From a virus, in IMG/VR virus record IMGVR_UViG_3300010883_019551, positions 15,700 through 79,699 of that record: a DNA stretch of 64,000 nucleotides; one strand, given 5' to 3'. Position 1 is the first letter of the stretch. Each line of letters opens with the position of its first letter. Positions 20,385 through 30,700 of this stretch are shown piece after piece. Both the position numbers and the translations under genes were made by a program. The notes under the pieces were generated by a model. The model was not told the DNA's origin and searched no databases. It saw only the letters and a program-made list of their open reading frames with translations.

Positions 20385-21184
20385 TTTTTCACCAAATATC
20401 TTTCGACCCATGGGCCGCCTTCATGTGTTCTATTGGAAAGAGACAAAATAATAAATCCCACATCCCGTAACATGTGTGCCATATCTCTTTCATGAAATGG
20501 AAACATATGAGCAAATTCTAATCTTGGAATTCCGGGCTCTACAGGAATTTCTACATGAAAATAAGCATCAGCATCCATGGCGTCATATACTTTCTGAAGT
20601 GCTATAAGTGGATCTGATAAGTGTTCTAGCATGTGGTAAGAAACAACTAGCGATGCACCCTTCAGATCTAGAACTTCAGAACAATTATTAAAGTCGTATT
20701 TTCGTCCATCATAGCCCATTTTTTCTGTTACACCTATGCTTAAAGGTGTCACATCATATCCCCATGCTGGTACACTGAGCTTTTCTCCATAGTGTTTCAT
20801 TAGTCTCGGAACTCTAAATCCCAACTCCACAAACCCGGAATGACTTACCTTTCCAAGATTAACCTCTAAAGAGCGCCACGTGTCTTCTAGCTCATTAATT
20901 CTTACTTGATCGGCACTGTTTAGTTTCATGACTTCGTCTATCTGAGACATCACATTCTCTAAAGTGTCGTTTTCGTATATTGCTAGACTTCTAGAAGACT
21001 GTAGATCAATGTACACATCATTATCAATTCTTTCGTAGCATTGACGTGTTCCAAATGAATACTTTCGCTCAACTAGTGAGAAATTTTTGTTTGATCTAGT
21101 TTCTGACCAATTATTCTGGCCCTTGAGTGATACTAGTCTGTTAACTTCTTCTCGTAAGGACTCAAAGACTGTCTCTTTACTCAT
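20381..21184 (-). CDS. Methyltransferase-domain protein
   Basis: VELG, GYD, HMLEHLSDP. Confidence 0.75.
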   Translation of the reverse strand: MSKETVFESLREEVNRLVSLKGQNNWSETRSNKNFSLVERKYSFGTRQCYERIDNDVYIDLQSSRSLAIYENDTLENVMSQIDEVMKLNSADQVRINELEDTWRSLEVNLGKVSHSGFVELGFRVPRLMKHYGEKLSVPAWGYDVTPLSIGVTEKMGYDGRKYDFNNCSEVLDLKGASLVVSYHMLEHLSDPLIALQKVYDAMDADAYFHVEIPVEPGIPRLEFAHMFPFHERDMAHMLRDVGFIILSLSNRTHEGGPWVERYLVKK

Positions 21185-23105
21185 TGCTTCCGAAATCCAT
21201 TACTGATGGGTGATTCGTTTTAAGTGTTAGATGCGGTGTAGGCTTAGAGAAATCAATCGGGGCATGGAATATCCACCCACCCATTTCATTAGCTAGCTTA
21301 GCCGACAATTCTTTAATATCTTCGTCTGTAACTTCTGACCATGGACGTCCAAAGAACAAATTGTTGTCTGCAGTATCTTCTTGCTGAATATCGTACAGAC
21401 TCTGCCAATGCTGTGACCAGTAGTCTCTGTAAGTTCTGATCTTTCTAGGGAGATCAAACCAAGAGTAGTGATGTACACTCGGAAGTAATTGAGTGCAATT
21501 ATCAAACCACTCTTCGTATTGATCCTTGACTTCGTTATTCCCAGCTAAGGCTTGCACTCTAGCTACATGGGTCTCGTTAGTATAGAAACTAGCATGAGGA
21601 ATTACTTCATATGTTTGATTATGGATGTAATCACACCCATCAGTTCCCATCTGTGCGTAGAGATTTCCATCAGAGTCAGTTTTCTGAAGTTGTTTTGGTA
21701 TCCCATGGGTGATATGTGGCATATTTCTGGATAATCGCCACTTCCACGGGTTGACATCCATTCTAACCTTTTCTTCGCCGCCCCAGTACTCGATCACAGG
21801 CAGTGCTATTAAATCAACTTGGCCTGGGAATGCTGAGCAGAGATTACGTATCTTATCATAATCATTCTCATGGACAACCTCATCAGCATCTTGCTGCCAT
21901 AGGAAATCCATAGTGCATCTTTTTCTAGCCTCAGCCTTTTGGGCACCATCGAAGACCGCAAACCTGGGATGATCCCAGTCTCTCTCTACAAGATGCACTT
22001 TAAGCTTGTCTTCTGTTTCTGACCAAGCTTGAAGATCCTCATAAGTTCCGTCGTCTGAACCACCGTCAACAATAACTACTTCATCACAGAATCCCAAAAG
22101 AGACTTGATTGACTGTTTCCATGGGTACTGATGTCTGTTGCAGTTAAATGTCGTTGTATAACCGCTGATAGAAGGTGTCCAGTTCATGTCTTGCTTAATT
22201 GTCTCCCAAAAGCGTCCTCGCGCCGCGTAAAGATATGCCTCTGTGTCAAAAGGATCGTCGGTATTAAACCAAATTTCATCCTTGTGTTGAACATTATCAT
22301 TTAGATGAAGTTCGCACCCTAGCATCTGAGCTTCAATAACCATACGTGGGCATGTATCCCAGCCGGCTGGAAGATAAACAAAACCCTGGGCTTGAACTAA
22401 CTTCTCAAGTACTTGTTCATAAGGAAGACCCCAGACAACTTCATAGTCTTTATTGGTATCTTTACACCACTGTTCAGCTGCATCGGCTCCTTTGACCCAG
22501 CTAGTTGAGCCTAAAACGATCCAACCTTTTCGCTCAACATCTTTGTATTTTTCTTTAAGAACGTTAACTGCAGCAAAATATCTGTCATCAAAGACAGAGC
22601 TGAGGACAACATTATTCTTCTCTTCTAGAAAGGGAAATGTTTTATGATAGTGGTACATCTGAGCTTCAGACATCCACCAGAGCGAACGGGCACCAAACAT
22701 AAATGCAGATATCATTTTACCATGCATCGATTCATTATCATCACAAGGCTTGCCTTCGATATTCTCATGCTTCTGAGGTGATCTCCACTTGCAATACTTG
22801 TAGTCATACTCAAGCATGGAATAAGAGATATTTGCCACAATTGTCGGAATCAACTCATGTTTCATGTGTGAGTAATTACCGAAAATCCAATGACAATTTT
22901 GACCCTCTTCAAGCAGCTCAAGAGACACATCCCTAGCTCTAAGTTTGTGAATATTAAATGGACACTTCTCAATGAGTGCCTCTGAGGTCAGCTCAGCTCC
23001 TCCTACATAGTCCTCAACGAACATGTCTGAGACGAAAACTATTTCTGTTCCATCTGGTAAGCTGGCTTCTTGTTTCTGGTCAAATGGGCTCTGATTTCCG
23101 AACAT
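21177..23105 (-). CDS. Two-domain glycosyltransferase (GT-B N-half plus GT2 C-half)
   Basis: GGAE and DTCPRMVIEA in N-half; VDGGSDDGT and DADE in C-half. Confidence 0.8.
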   Translation of the reverse strand: MFGNQSPFDQKQEASLPDGTEIVFVSDMFVEDYVGGAELTSEALIEKCPFNIHKLRARDVSLELLEEGQNCHWIFGNYSHMKHELIPTIVANISYSMLEYDYKYCKWRSPQKHENIEGKPCDDNESMHGKMISAFMFGARSLWWMSEAQMYHYHKTFPFLEEKNNVVLSSVFDDRYFAAVNVLKEKYKDVERKGWIVLGSTSWVKGADAAEQWCKDTNKDYEVVWGLPYEQVLEKLVQAQGFVYLPAGWDTCPRMVIEAQMLGCELHLNDNVQHKDEIWFNTDDPFDTEAYLYAARGRFWETIKQDMNWTPSISGYTTTFNCNRHQYPWKQSIKSLLGFCDEVVIVDGGSDDGTYEDLQAWSETEDKLKVHLVERDWDHPRFAVFDGAQKAEARKRCTMDFLWQQDADEVVHENDYDKIRNLCSAFPGQVDLIALPVIEYWGGEEKVRMDVNPWKWRLSRNMPHITHGIPKQLQKTDSDGNLYAQMGTDGCDYIHNQTYEVIPHASFYTNETHVARVQALAGNNEVKDQYEEWFDNCTQLLPSVHHYSWFDLPRKIRTYRDYWSQHWQSLYDIQQEDTADNNLFFGRPWSEVTDEDIKELSAKLANEMGGWIFHAPIDFSKPTPHLTLKTNHPSVMDFGSNE

Positions 23106-23215
23106 AGTATACTGTATCCTGATTCTGTTACTGTCTTAAGAGAATCTATCTTCTTAGTTATAAGAAATAAACTGTCTCTCAGAACTGTATAAGAAGAAAT
23201 ATTCTTTACTACAGA

Positions 23216-23243
23216 ATTATACACTGTCAGGAACAGGTGTAAC
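23216..23243 (-). promoter_or_regulatory. Putative promoter of the glycan cluster (GTTACA-N16-TATAAT)
   Basis: Perfect -10 with a degenerate -35, about 110 nt upstream of the first cluster gene. Confidence 0.55.
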
Positions 23244-23312
23244 CTTTCTATGTCTTAAGAGTATTCTATCTAATCTATTATATTAATAGAGCGAGAGGTT
23301 CAGTATGAGAGA

Positions 23313-26300
23313 TTAGCCACAGTAAATGTAACCATAGATACCTGATGCTTCGCCCTCAGAATCAAATGTAACATCTTGCATTGCTTTTGCAACTGTATAT
23401 GAATGCATCAGATCATCATCTTGCTTCATGAGATGACCCGGGGTTGAGCTAGTGCAGAGAAGATCTCCTGTCTCAATAGTACCGCCTTCATTACAAACTT
23501 TGAATCCCTGTATATCTGTAGCATAATTTACTGATTCATCAGGGCTTTCATGCTGACGACTGTCGCCTAAGGATATTACCTTCCAAACCTTCGCATATTC
23601 AGAGTGTATATCCCAATTGTCATTCTCGTCTCGGGCAGCTTGATCATATAAATTACCCAGAGAATCGCGCCATTTTTTCGAAAACTCTTTGCTATAAGGA
23701 TCCTCCGCAGCTTCCCAGTCCTCTATAGAGTCGTATATCGGCCCATTAGTATGGGGCACTTGATATTTTCCAATATGCTCAGACTCTGAGTCGAAAATGA
23801 CCTCAGGTTGTGGCTGAATACCAAAGACACGATTAAAACCATTACCACCAATGTCTTCTGATTTATGATCGCAGAGGCGATACCAAGCAATTCCTGCTAC
23901 ATTTTTTTGCTTAGGAGCTGATGATTTTTTCAGTTTGCCGTCGGTTAAAACTAGACAGTCACCCTTCTCAATTGAAGGAGCTTCGACGCCGTCTACTTTA
24001 TACTGATGTCCATCTGAGAAGAACGCGTCCTCAGTAATGTTTCCATCTAATTGTAAACATGTGGCGTCAGTTGTCGCACGAAATACGGCTGCTTTATCAT
24101 TCACCGTACTACCGGCAGGTGTTGCATATATTTGTACTCTAGTCGCGTGGGTGGAGTTATTAACCCAGGACTCATCTGCCACACACTCAACCGCACCAAC
24201 TCCATAATAAGTGGAGCTTTCGGCACCTTGAAATATCATTCGACCAAGCTGGTTACCGCTGACGAGGGTACTGTCTTGTCTTCTAAGTACGAAATCAGCA
24301 GCCGATCCGTAATTGACATAGGGTCTTGTTTCAAGATAAAGACCGTTTGCACCAATTACAATGTTGGCATCTCCGCCAGAGCCCGCGAATATACTTCTAT
24401 TGGACGACATGTCCAGAAACCTTAAAGTCCTGGCACCTCCGGGAGCACTGATTGTAATACCCTCAGCGGCATCATCGCTAGCATTCATCTCTAACTCAAC
24501 ATGTCCGTATCCTCTATTAGCGGCCGCATCACCGATCATAGCGCCGCCCTGGACATGGAGGGCATTGAATGTCTTATCTGCCCATATCCCAGTCACATCA
24601 GTACCATTAGATGTTATACTAGCGGCCCATGACTGTCCAGTTTGAATAGCCCAACCTTCTGAGTTAGCCCCTATGTTGTTGAGCGCGTAACCTTCGGGAT
24701 TTGTACCTCCGAGGATAGAAACCCAGCATTTAGCGCCAATATTAGTAGACTGAACCCATAGAGATGCAGCATCGGCGGTAGCATCGAAAGAAAGCGTAAC
24801 ATTTGAAGGTGACCAGGCACCGATGTCGTCGTGGGATGATAATAATTCTACAGTAACATCACAGTCAGATGTATTTGCATTTCCGGAGCTATCGCCGCTG
24901 AGTCTAACATAAGCAATATATGTCTCTGTGGCCGCCCGAGCAGTATCTCCCAAATAAGTCTGATGTATTAGGAACGTTGTTTGATTGGTACCGTAAGTTA
25001 TGCTATTGAATGCATTTGCTATAGACGCAACTTTAATCCATTGGTCGTCGCTGCCGCTGTCATATCCCGGCTCACCCACTAGAACAGAATTTGACTTGTT
25101 AAGTCCTTTAACTATCTCAACATATCCCCCGTCCGAGATGTTGATTGCGTCATCTCCATCAGTAAATTCCAGACCGATTGTTTTAACTTTTCCAGAGACA
25201 GAAAGATCTGTGCCATCAAAAGTAAGACTAGACTCAGCATTCATAGCGTCAGCACTAGTTGCTGTTATGATTCTGTTGTTTGCACCGTTGGTCAAGAAGT
25301 CAGAGACATCGACAGCTAATGCATTTCCCGAAAGATCTAGTCCAGAACCTGCTGTTCGCGCCGGTATTACAGCACCATCAACATATGCCTTAATTGACTG
25401 CTGTGTCGCTAGCGATGTGGCGCTGTTCGAATCCATTGCATCTTCGTCTAAGACACCTGCCACTGTAGTACTAGATCCGATTTGTAAAGTACCGTCAAAC
25501 TGTAAGTTGCCGCTCTCGTCCAGATCTAATATTGTAGCATCAGCACCGTTCTTAATCAAAAATTCTGCTGTGCCATTGTTGTCTGTGTCTAGATTAACAA
25601 TAACATGGTGAGGAGAATCCAACTCTAGTGTCTGTCCAGCTGCAGCTTTGAAGTGCCCGTCTCCAACAGTTATGTTGGTGCCTACTGTAAGGGCAGTAAA
25701 TTGTGGGCTAGCATCAGTAGTCACGTCCTGATTGATATTTGAGTCTGCCTCGATGTTCAATGAACCTGCAACTGTTAGTGTCTTATTAGCGTTGACATCA
25801 ATCTTTAACTCACTGCCATCTGGCGCTTTAAGGTCCCAGTTACCCCGATCGTCATCTGCAACTCTAATGTATCCGGTGATAGAACCGTTTTCTTCAATGT
25901 CTAGTCCGGCTCCAGCACCAGAAGCGGCGCCGCCGCCGTCATTGATAACAATGTTTTTATCTTTGACCAGTAAGTTAGTTGTATTAACTGTTGTTGTTGT
26001 ACCTTCAATTGTCAGATCACCGGTTATTCTAGCATTACCAGTGACATCTAAACTATGACCAGGTGTTGCTGTTCCAATCCCTACCAAACCATCATGAGTA
26101 ATACGCATGCGCTCGGTAAGTCCGTCATCACCTGCGTCGTTTGTGGCAAATGTTAGGTTAGCATCATGGTTGGCCGGGTTTGTGCTAGCAGATGTGTCCC
26201 GCTCTACACGTATGGCAGCACCAATGGAGTCCTCATCTGCCTCAGAAGATACATCGAAGGCAATACCCGCGAACGAATTCACTGTGGTTGAGAGATTCTT

Positions 26301-27776
26301 GAGGAACAGAGTAAAATCCTGTAGCTGATTGTCTGCCCCGGCGACGGTAGTCTCAGTGTGTTCTATGTGCACTCTAGAGGCCGGCCTGTTATTAGCCCAG
26401 ATAGACGAGTCAAACCCCAGACCAATCCGATCGAAGTATCCATCAACATAGAACATATGAGTATCTTCACCCGACTCTATCCTGAAGTCGAATTCCCGCT
26501 CGCTCCCCTCGTTAAAAATCACATCGGAGGTGCTGTTCGTACAGTCGATTCTCATTGCATCAATATTACTGCCATTTTGGTTTGTCTTGAATATGAGGCT
26601 CTTTTGTGAAGTCAGGTTTTGTACTGTCCAATCTCCACTATTATCCTGCTTAAAGTCGAGGGGAGTTGTGCCATCATCTTTGAAAGTGATATTAGCGCCG
26701 GCTGCGTCCAGTATGATATCAGCAGCAGAATCGATTGTAAGATCCCCGGATGTGTTTTTAATATGATTACCGACAACTGTTAGATCGCCTTGAATTGAAG
26801 CATTCTGATCTGCATCAACTGTTATAACAAGTTCATTGTCAACGTTATAGATACGGTTGTTGCCAAGTATTAGGTTGTTGCCAATCGTAACGTTATCTGA
26901 GGTATCTAGCGTGATCGCTGTGCCACCGTCTGATGCTTTTATGGTGTTACTACCAATAGTAACGCTTCCGTCCATCTGAACGTTACCAGATTCATCGACC
27001 TCAAACTTAGAAGTTTCAGAGTTATTCCAGACGACGAACTTATTGGTACCGTCATTATCTTGATCAAGCTGAACAATGACATTGGCATCAGATCTAATTC
27101 TTAAGTTTGCATCTGTGGGTCCGTAAATGTCGCCACCGTCAACATGCAGATCACCTGCAACAGTTACATTTGTGGGAAAACTTAAGGATATGCTTCCTTC
27201 TCCTAAAGTTACATCAATCTCATTTGATGTGCCGGTGATTGCTGCATTTTCCCATCGGGACTGATTGTTATCCCATACTAGTACATGTCCAGCAGCTTTA
27301 GTTACATCTGCTGTATTGACATTTCCAATCTCGCTAAGTGTATCCGGTGTCGAGGCATCAACATAAGCCTTGATGCTTTGCTGTGTAGCTAAAGCAATTG
27401 CACTGTTGGTTGACATGTTGTCTTCGTCTAGAATCCCGTTACATAATGAGCCAGTGCCTATCTTAAGATTTCCGGAAACAAACAGGTCTGATGCTGCGTA
27501 TGCATCGCCCATAATTTTTGCTTCACCAGAACCAGAAAGATGAATAGCAATTGCTCCGCCCTCGTCCTTAATGTCTTTACCACCTACCTGTATATCACCC
27601 GTGAGTGTAAGATTGGGCATGTCAACAGAACCAGAAACTGATATGTCCCCAGAGACATAAAGATCGTTGCCAACCGTTAAGTCACCGAAGACCTGGTCGA
27701 CTAATCCATCGACATCTAAGCTGCCGGAGATGTGGGCAGAGCCCGTAACCATTAATGTGCTGGTATAAATTCCCAT
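23313..27776 (-). CDS. Large tail fibre/spike-like virion protein (1487 aa)
   Basis: beta-rich G/T/D repeats, ERMRI..G.VGIG motif, two DEDxMxxNSxxxLATQQSIKAYVD repeats, C-terminal GDLLCTSSTPGHLMKQ chaperone-like domain. Confidence 0.75.
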   Translation of the reverse strand: MGIYTSTLMVTGSAHISGSLDVDGLVDQVFGDLTVGNDLYVSGDISVSGSVDMPNLTLTGDIQVGGKDIKDEGGAIAIHLSGSGEAKIMGDAYAASDLFVSGNLKIGTGSLCNGILDEDNMSTNSAIALATQQSIKAYVDASTPDTLSEIGNVNTADVTKAAGHVLVWDNNQSRWENAAITGTSNEIDVTLGEGSISLSFPTNVTVAGDLHVDGGDIYGPTDANLRIRSDANVIVQLDQDNDGTNKFVVWNNSETSKFEVDESGNVQMDGSVTIGSNTIKASDGGTAITLDTSDNVTIGNNLILGNNRIYNVDNELVITVDADQNASIQGDLTVVGNHIKNTSGDLTIDSAADIILDAAGANITFKDDGTTPLDFKQDNSGDWTVQNLTSQKSLIFKTNQNGSNIDAMRIDCTNSTSDVIFNEGSEREFDFRIESGEDTHMFYVDGYFDRIGLGFDSSIWANNRPASRVHIEHTETTVAGADNQLQDFTLFLKNLSTTVNSFAGIAFDVSSEADEDSIGAAIRVERDTSASTNPANHDANLTFATNDAGDDGLTERMRITHDGLVGIGTATPGHSLDVTGNARITGDLTIEGTTTTVNTTNLLVKDKNIVINDGGGAASGAGAGLDIEENGSITGYIRVADDDRGNWDLKAPDGSELKIDVNANKTLTVAGSLNIEADSNINQDVTTDASPQFTALTVGTNITVGDGHFKAAAGQTLELDSPHHVIVNLDTDNNGTAEFLIKNGADATILDLDESGNLQFDGTLQIGSSTTVAGVLDEDAMDSNSATSLATQQSIKAYVDGAVIPARTAGSGLDLSGNALAVDVSDFLTNGANNRIITATSADAMNAESSLTFDGTDLSVSGKVKTIGLEFTDGDDAINISDGGYVEIVKGLNKSNSVLVGEPGYDSGSDDQWIKVASIANAFNSITYGTNQTTFLIHQTYLGDTARAATETYIAYVRLSGDSSGNANTSDCDVTVELLSSHDDIGAWSPSNVTLSFDATADAASLWVQSTNIGAKCWVSILGGTNPEGYALNNIGANSEGWAIQTGQSWAASITSNGTDVTGIWADKTFNALHVQGGAMIGDAAANRGYGHVELEMNASDDAAEGITISAPGGARTLRFLDMSSNRSIFAGSGGDANIVIGANGLYLETRPYVNYGSAADFVLRRQDSTLVSGNQLGRMIFQGAESSTYYGVGAVECVADESWVNNSTHATRVQIYATPAGSTVNDKAAVFRATTDATCLQLDGNITEDAFFSDGHQYKVDGVEAPSIEKGDCLVLTDGKLKKSSAPKQKNVAGIAWYRLCDHKSEDIGGNGFNRVFGIQPQPEVIFDSESEHIGKYQVPHTNGPIYDSIEDWEAAEDPYSKEFSKKWRDSLGNLYDQAARDENDNWDIHSEYAKVWKVISLGDSRQHESPDESVNYATDIQGFKVCNEGGTIETGDLLCTSSTPGHLMKQDDDLMHSYTVAKAMQDVTFDSEGEASGIYGYIYCG

Positions 27777-30700
27777 TATTCACTCTCCTCTATTGGTTCA
27801 AGCATCATCTTAAATTTCTTTCCTGTTGTGTTGTTAATAACACAAAGATAGTCAGCTTCCTCAACAATAGTCCAATCACCTTTGTCATTTTTGAGATTCA
27901 AGTCACCGGTGTAAATATTTCGGAACCGAGATGATTCAGACCCTAAATCGTAAGTGTTGTTAGTCGCTGGAAGAATGTGCCCGGTAAACTGATGAGCGGC
28001 ATCTGCATTACTATTTACGTAATTAATAACTGTTGTATTCGGAGAGCTAATATAGCGTGACGTTCCGCCAAACTCCAAGTTTTTGGTAGCAGCCATCCTT
28101 AACGACGCGTTATTTCCCTGAAGCCTCATAACTTCTGTTGGAGTACCGCCGTCGTTAACACCAAAAATGATGTTCCCATCAGAGACTTCACCCAGTATCG
28201 ATACTAAGCTACTATTGGCAGCCTTAGTAATATCATATCCAGGGAGTATTGAGAATACGTCTACACCCGAATTATTCTTTCCAATTAGAGGTGCTTGATA
28301 GCCTACCGCTTCGAAGGAAGCAGATAGAGCATATTGTACAGTACCAGGTGCTGCTCCCCAAGAATTAAATCTTGCGCCTGCGACCAGTGATCCGGACGCA
28401 ACAACATCGCCACCAAACGCGGCGACCTTAGTGTCTGATGAAGAGCCTCTATCAATGGTACCGGAGACATAAAAGTAGATGTCACTTGCAACTTGTTCCG
28501 CATATTGATTAGCAGAACTTAGTGAGAACGATCCCGTGCTTCTAATTTTAAGAGTATCAGGTGACTGAGTTGCTAGCATCTCGAATGCTGTGCTAATAGC
28601 ACCTATCGAGGAAAGATCTGTTAGAGTTTTTACGCCCCCTGTAGCTGTATCTCTAAATGTAAGATCATTACTTACGCGTTGGATATAATTGTTGGCATCA
28701 CCAAATCTGATGTAGCTATTTGTCTGTAGGTCTAGATTAGTAAGTGCTAGCGCGTTAGGCGTTAATGTTCCACTAACAAAAACATCTCCCGAGTAATAAG
28801 TCTCTTCGGATTCAACATTCAATAAGTGCGATGCAAGTATTAGGTCATTTTGCTTACCCGAAACAGTAGAGTTTGAGAGTGAAACGTTAGCGCTTCCGAA
28901 CCGTACTTGTTTTCCGGGTGCCACCTTGAGTGCAGAAACATCTCCGTCAAGCCTCATAACCTCTGTCATGGTCCCGCCGTCGTTCACCATGAAGATCATG
29001 TCTTTGTCGGAAACAGAAGAAGAGAGATATAAATCAGAAGATCTGCTTCTAATAGAACCTATCTCAGTACCGCTATCTTTAAGAACCCAGTTACCTAAAT
29101 CAGAGTCTAACCAGATATCTGACTCTGAATCTAGAATAACAAAACCACCCTTAGCTGTTAGACCAACTCCATCGCCCTCAATCTTTTCACCATCATTTCC
29201 AAACGTAAGGCCGATACTAGTAGGAATATTAATGTTTGCTGCGGCTGTCAGGTTAATGTCGGCGCCGGCAATCGTCAAATTAGTTCCATCGCCCTCGATC
29301 TTCTCACCATCGTTACCGAATGTAAGACCAATGTTAGCTGGGATATTAATGTCACCCCCTGCACCAACACCAAAGTGAATATCAGTTCCGTCTCCGTAGA
29401 TATGCTCTTCAGCTGTACCAAGTTGTATTTGCTTACTACCTGAAATGGCAAGGGCTGAGGTGCTGCCATCGAGCCTGAATATCTCTGTCATGGCGCCGGC
29501 GTCATTCACCATAAAGATCATGTCTTTATTTTGCTGTGAAGAAGAAAGATATAGATTGCCTGCTCTGCTTCTAATAGACCCAAGCTCATACGACCCATCT
29601 TGAAATACCCAGTTGCCCGAATCAGAGTTCAACCAGATATCTGACTCTGAATCTAGAATAACAAAACCACCCTTAGCGGTCAATCCAAATCCGTCGCCTT
29701 CAATCTTCTCACCATCGTTACCAAACGTGAGACCTATTTCTGATGGGATGTTGATATCACCACCCACCTCAATAACAAAATCAAGCTCAGATGCAGAAAC
29801 TATTAACTTGGTTCCGTCGCCTTCAATCTTCTCACCATCGTTACCGAATGTAAGACCAATGTTAGCTGGAACGTTGATGTCTCCTCCGGCTCCGACTGTG
29901 ATCGTTAGATCTGTCCCATCAGACTCAATCTTTTCTCCGCCGCCCATGAGGATTCCGACATTAGCAGGAATCACCACATCTTCTGTCGCAGTGAGATTAA
30001 TATTGTTTCCGGATATTGTTAAGTCTGTGCCATCACCTGATATTTTCTCCCCATCGTTTCCAAATGTTACACCAATGCCAGAAGGTATGTTGACATTAGC
30101 TTCTGCAGTTAGATTAATGTCACCTCCCTGAATTGTCAGATTTGTTCCGTCACCCGAAATATTCTCGCCGTCGTTACCGAAAGTCAAACCAATATTGGCC
30201 GGAATGTTTATATCCCCACCCGCTCCGACACCAAAGTGAATATCAGTTCCGTCTCCGTAGATATGCTCTTCAGCAGCTCCAAGCTGCAATTGTTTGCTGG
30301 CAGCGATCTTCAATGCTGAAACATCACCATCTAGTCTAAAGACCTCAGTTGGTGTGCCTCCATCATTCACCATAAAGATCATGTCTTTGTCTGAAACAGA
30401 AGCTGACAGATACATGTCGCCTGCAACGCCCTGTATCTTTCCGTATTCCGACAACGATCCTGATGCGAAGATAACTTCTCCGGAGTCCGGACGGAGCTTC
30501 AAGTAACCCATGGTTTCAAAGTCTACGCCAGAGTGATCACCATTCCATGTTTTGTTGAGATTCAGCCGCGCGTTGAGCACACCATTTCTCAAGAAGTCGA
30601 TATCAGAACCAGCAGCATCGAGAATAATGTCTCCCCCAGAATCGAGCGTAATTTTTCCAGCTGCGTCGATCTCTAGATTATTACTTCCGTCTACTTCGAT

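Noticed and set aside
1-23105. Reading the region as a bacterial LPS/capsule locus
   Set aside because: No export, polymerase or lipid A genes; flanked by fibre genes and phage-style gene content. A cellular origin is not formally excluded because capsid and terminase genes are outside the window
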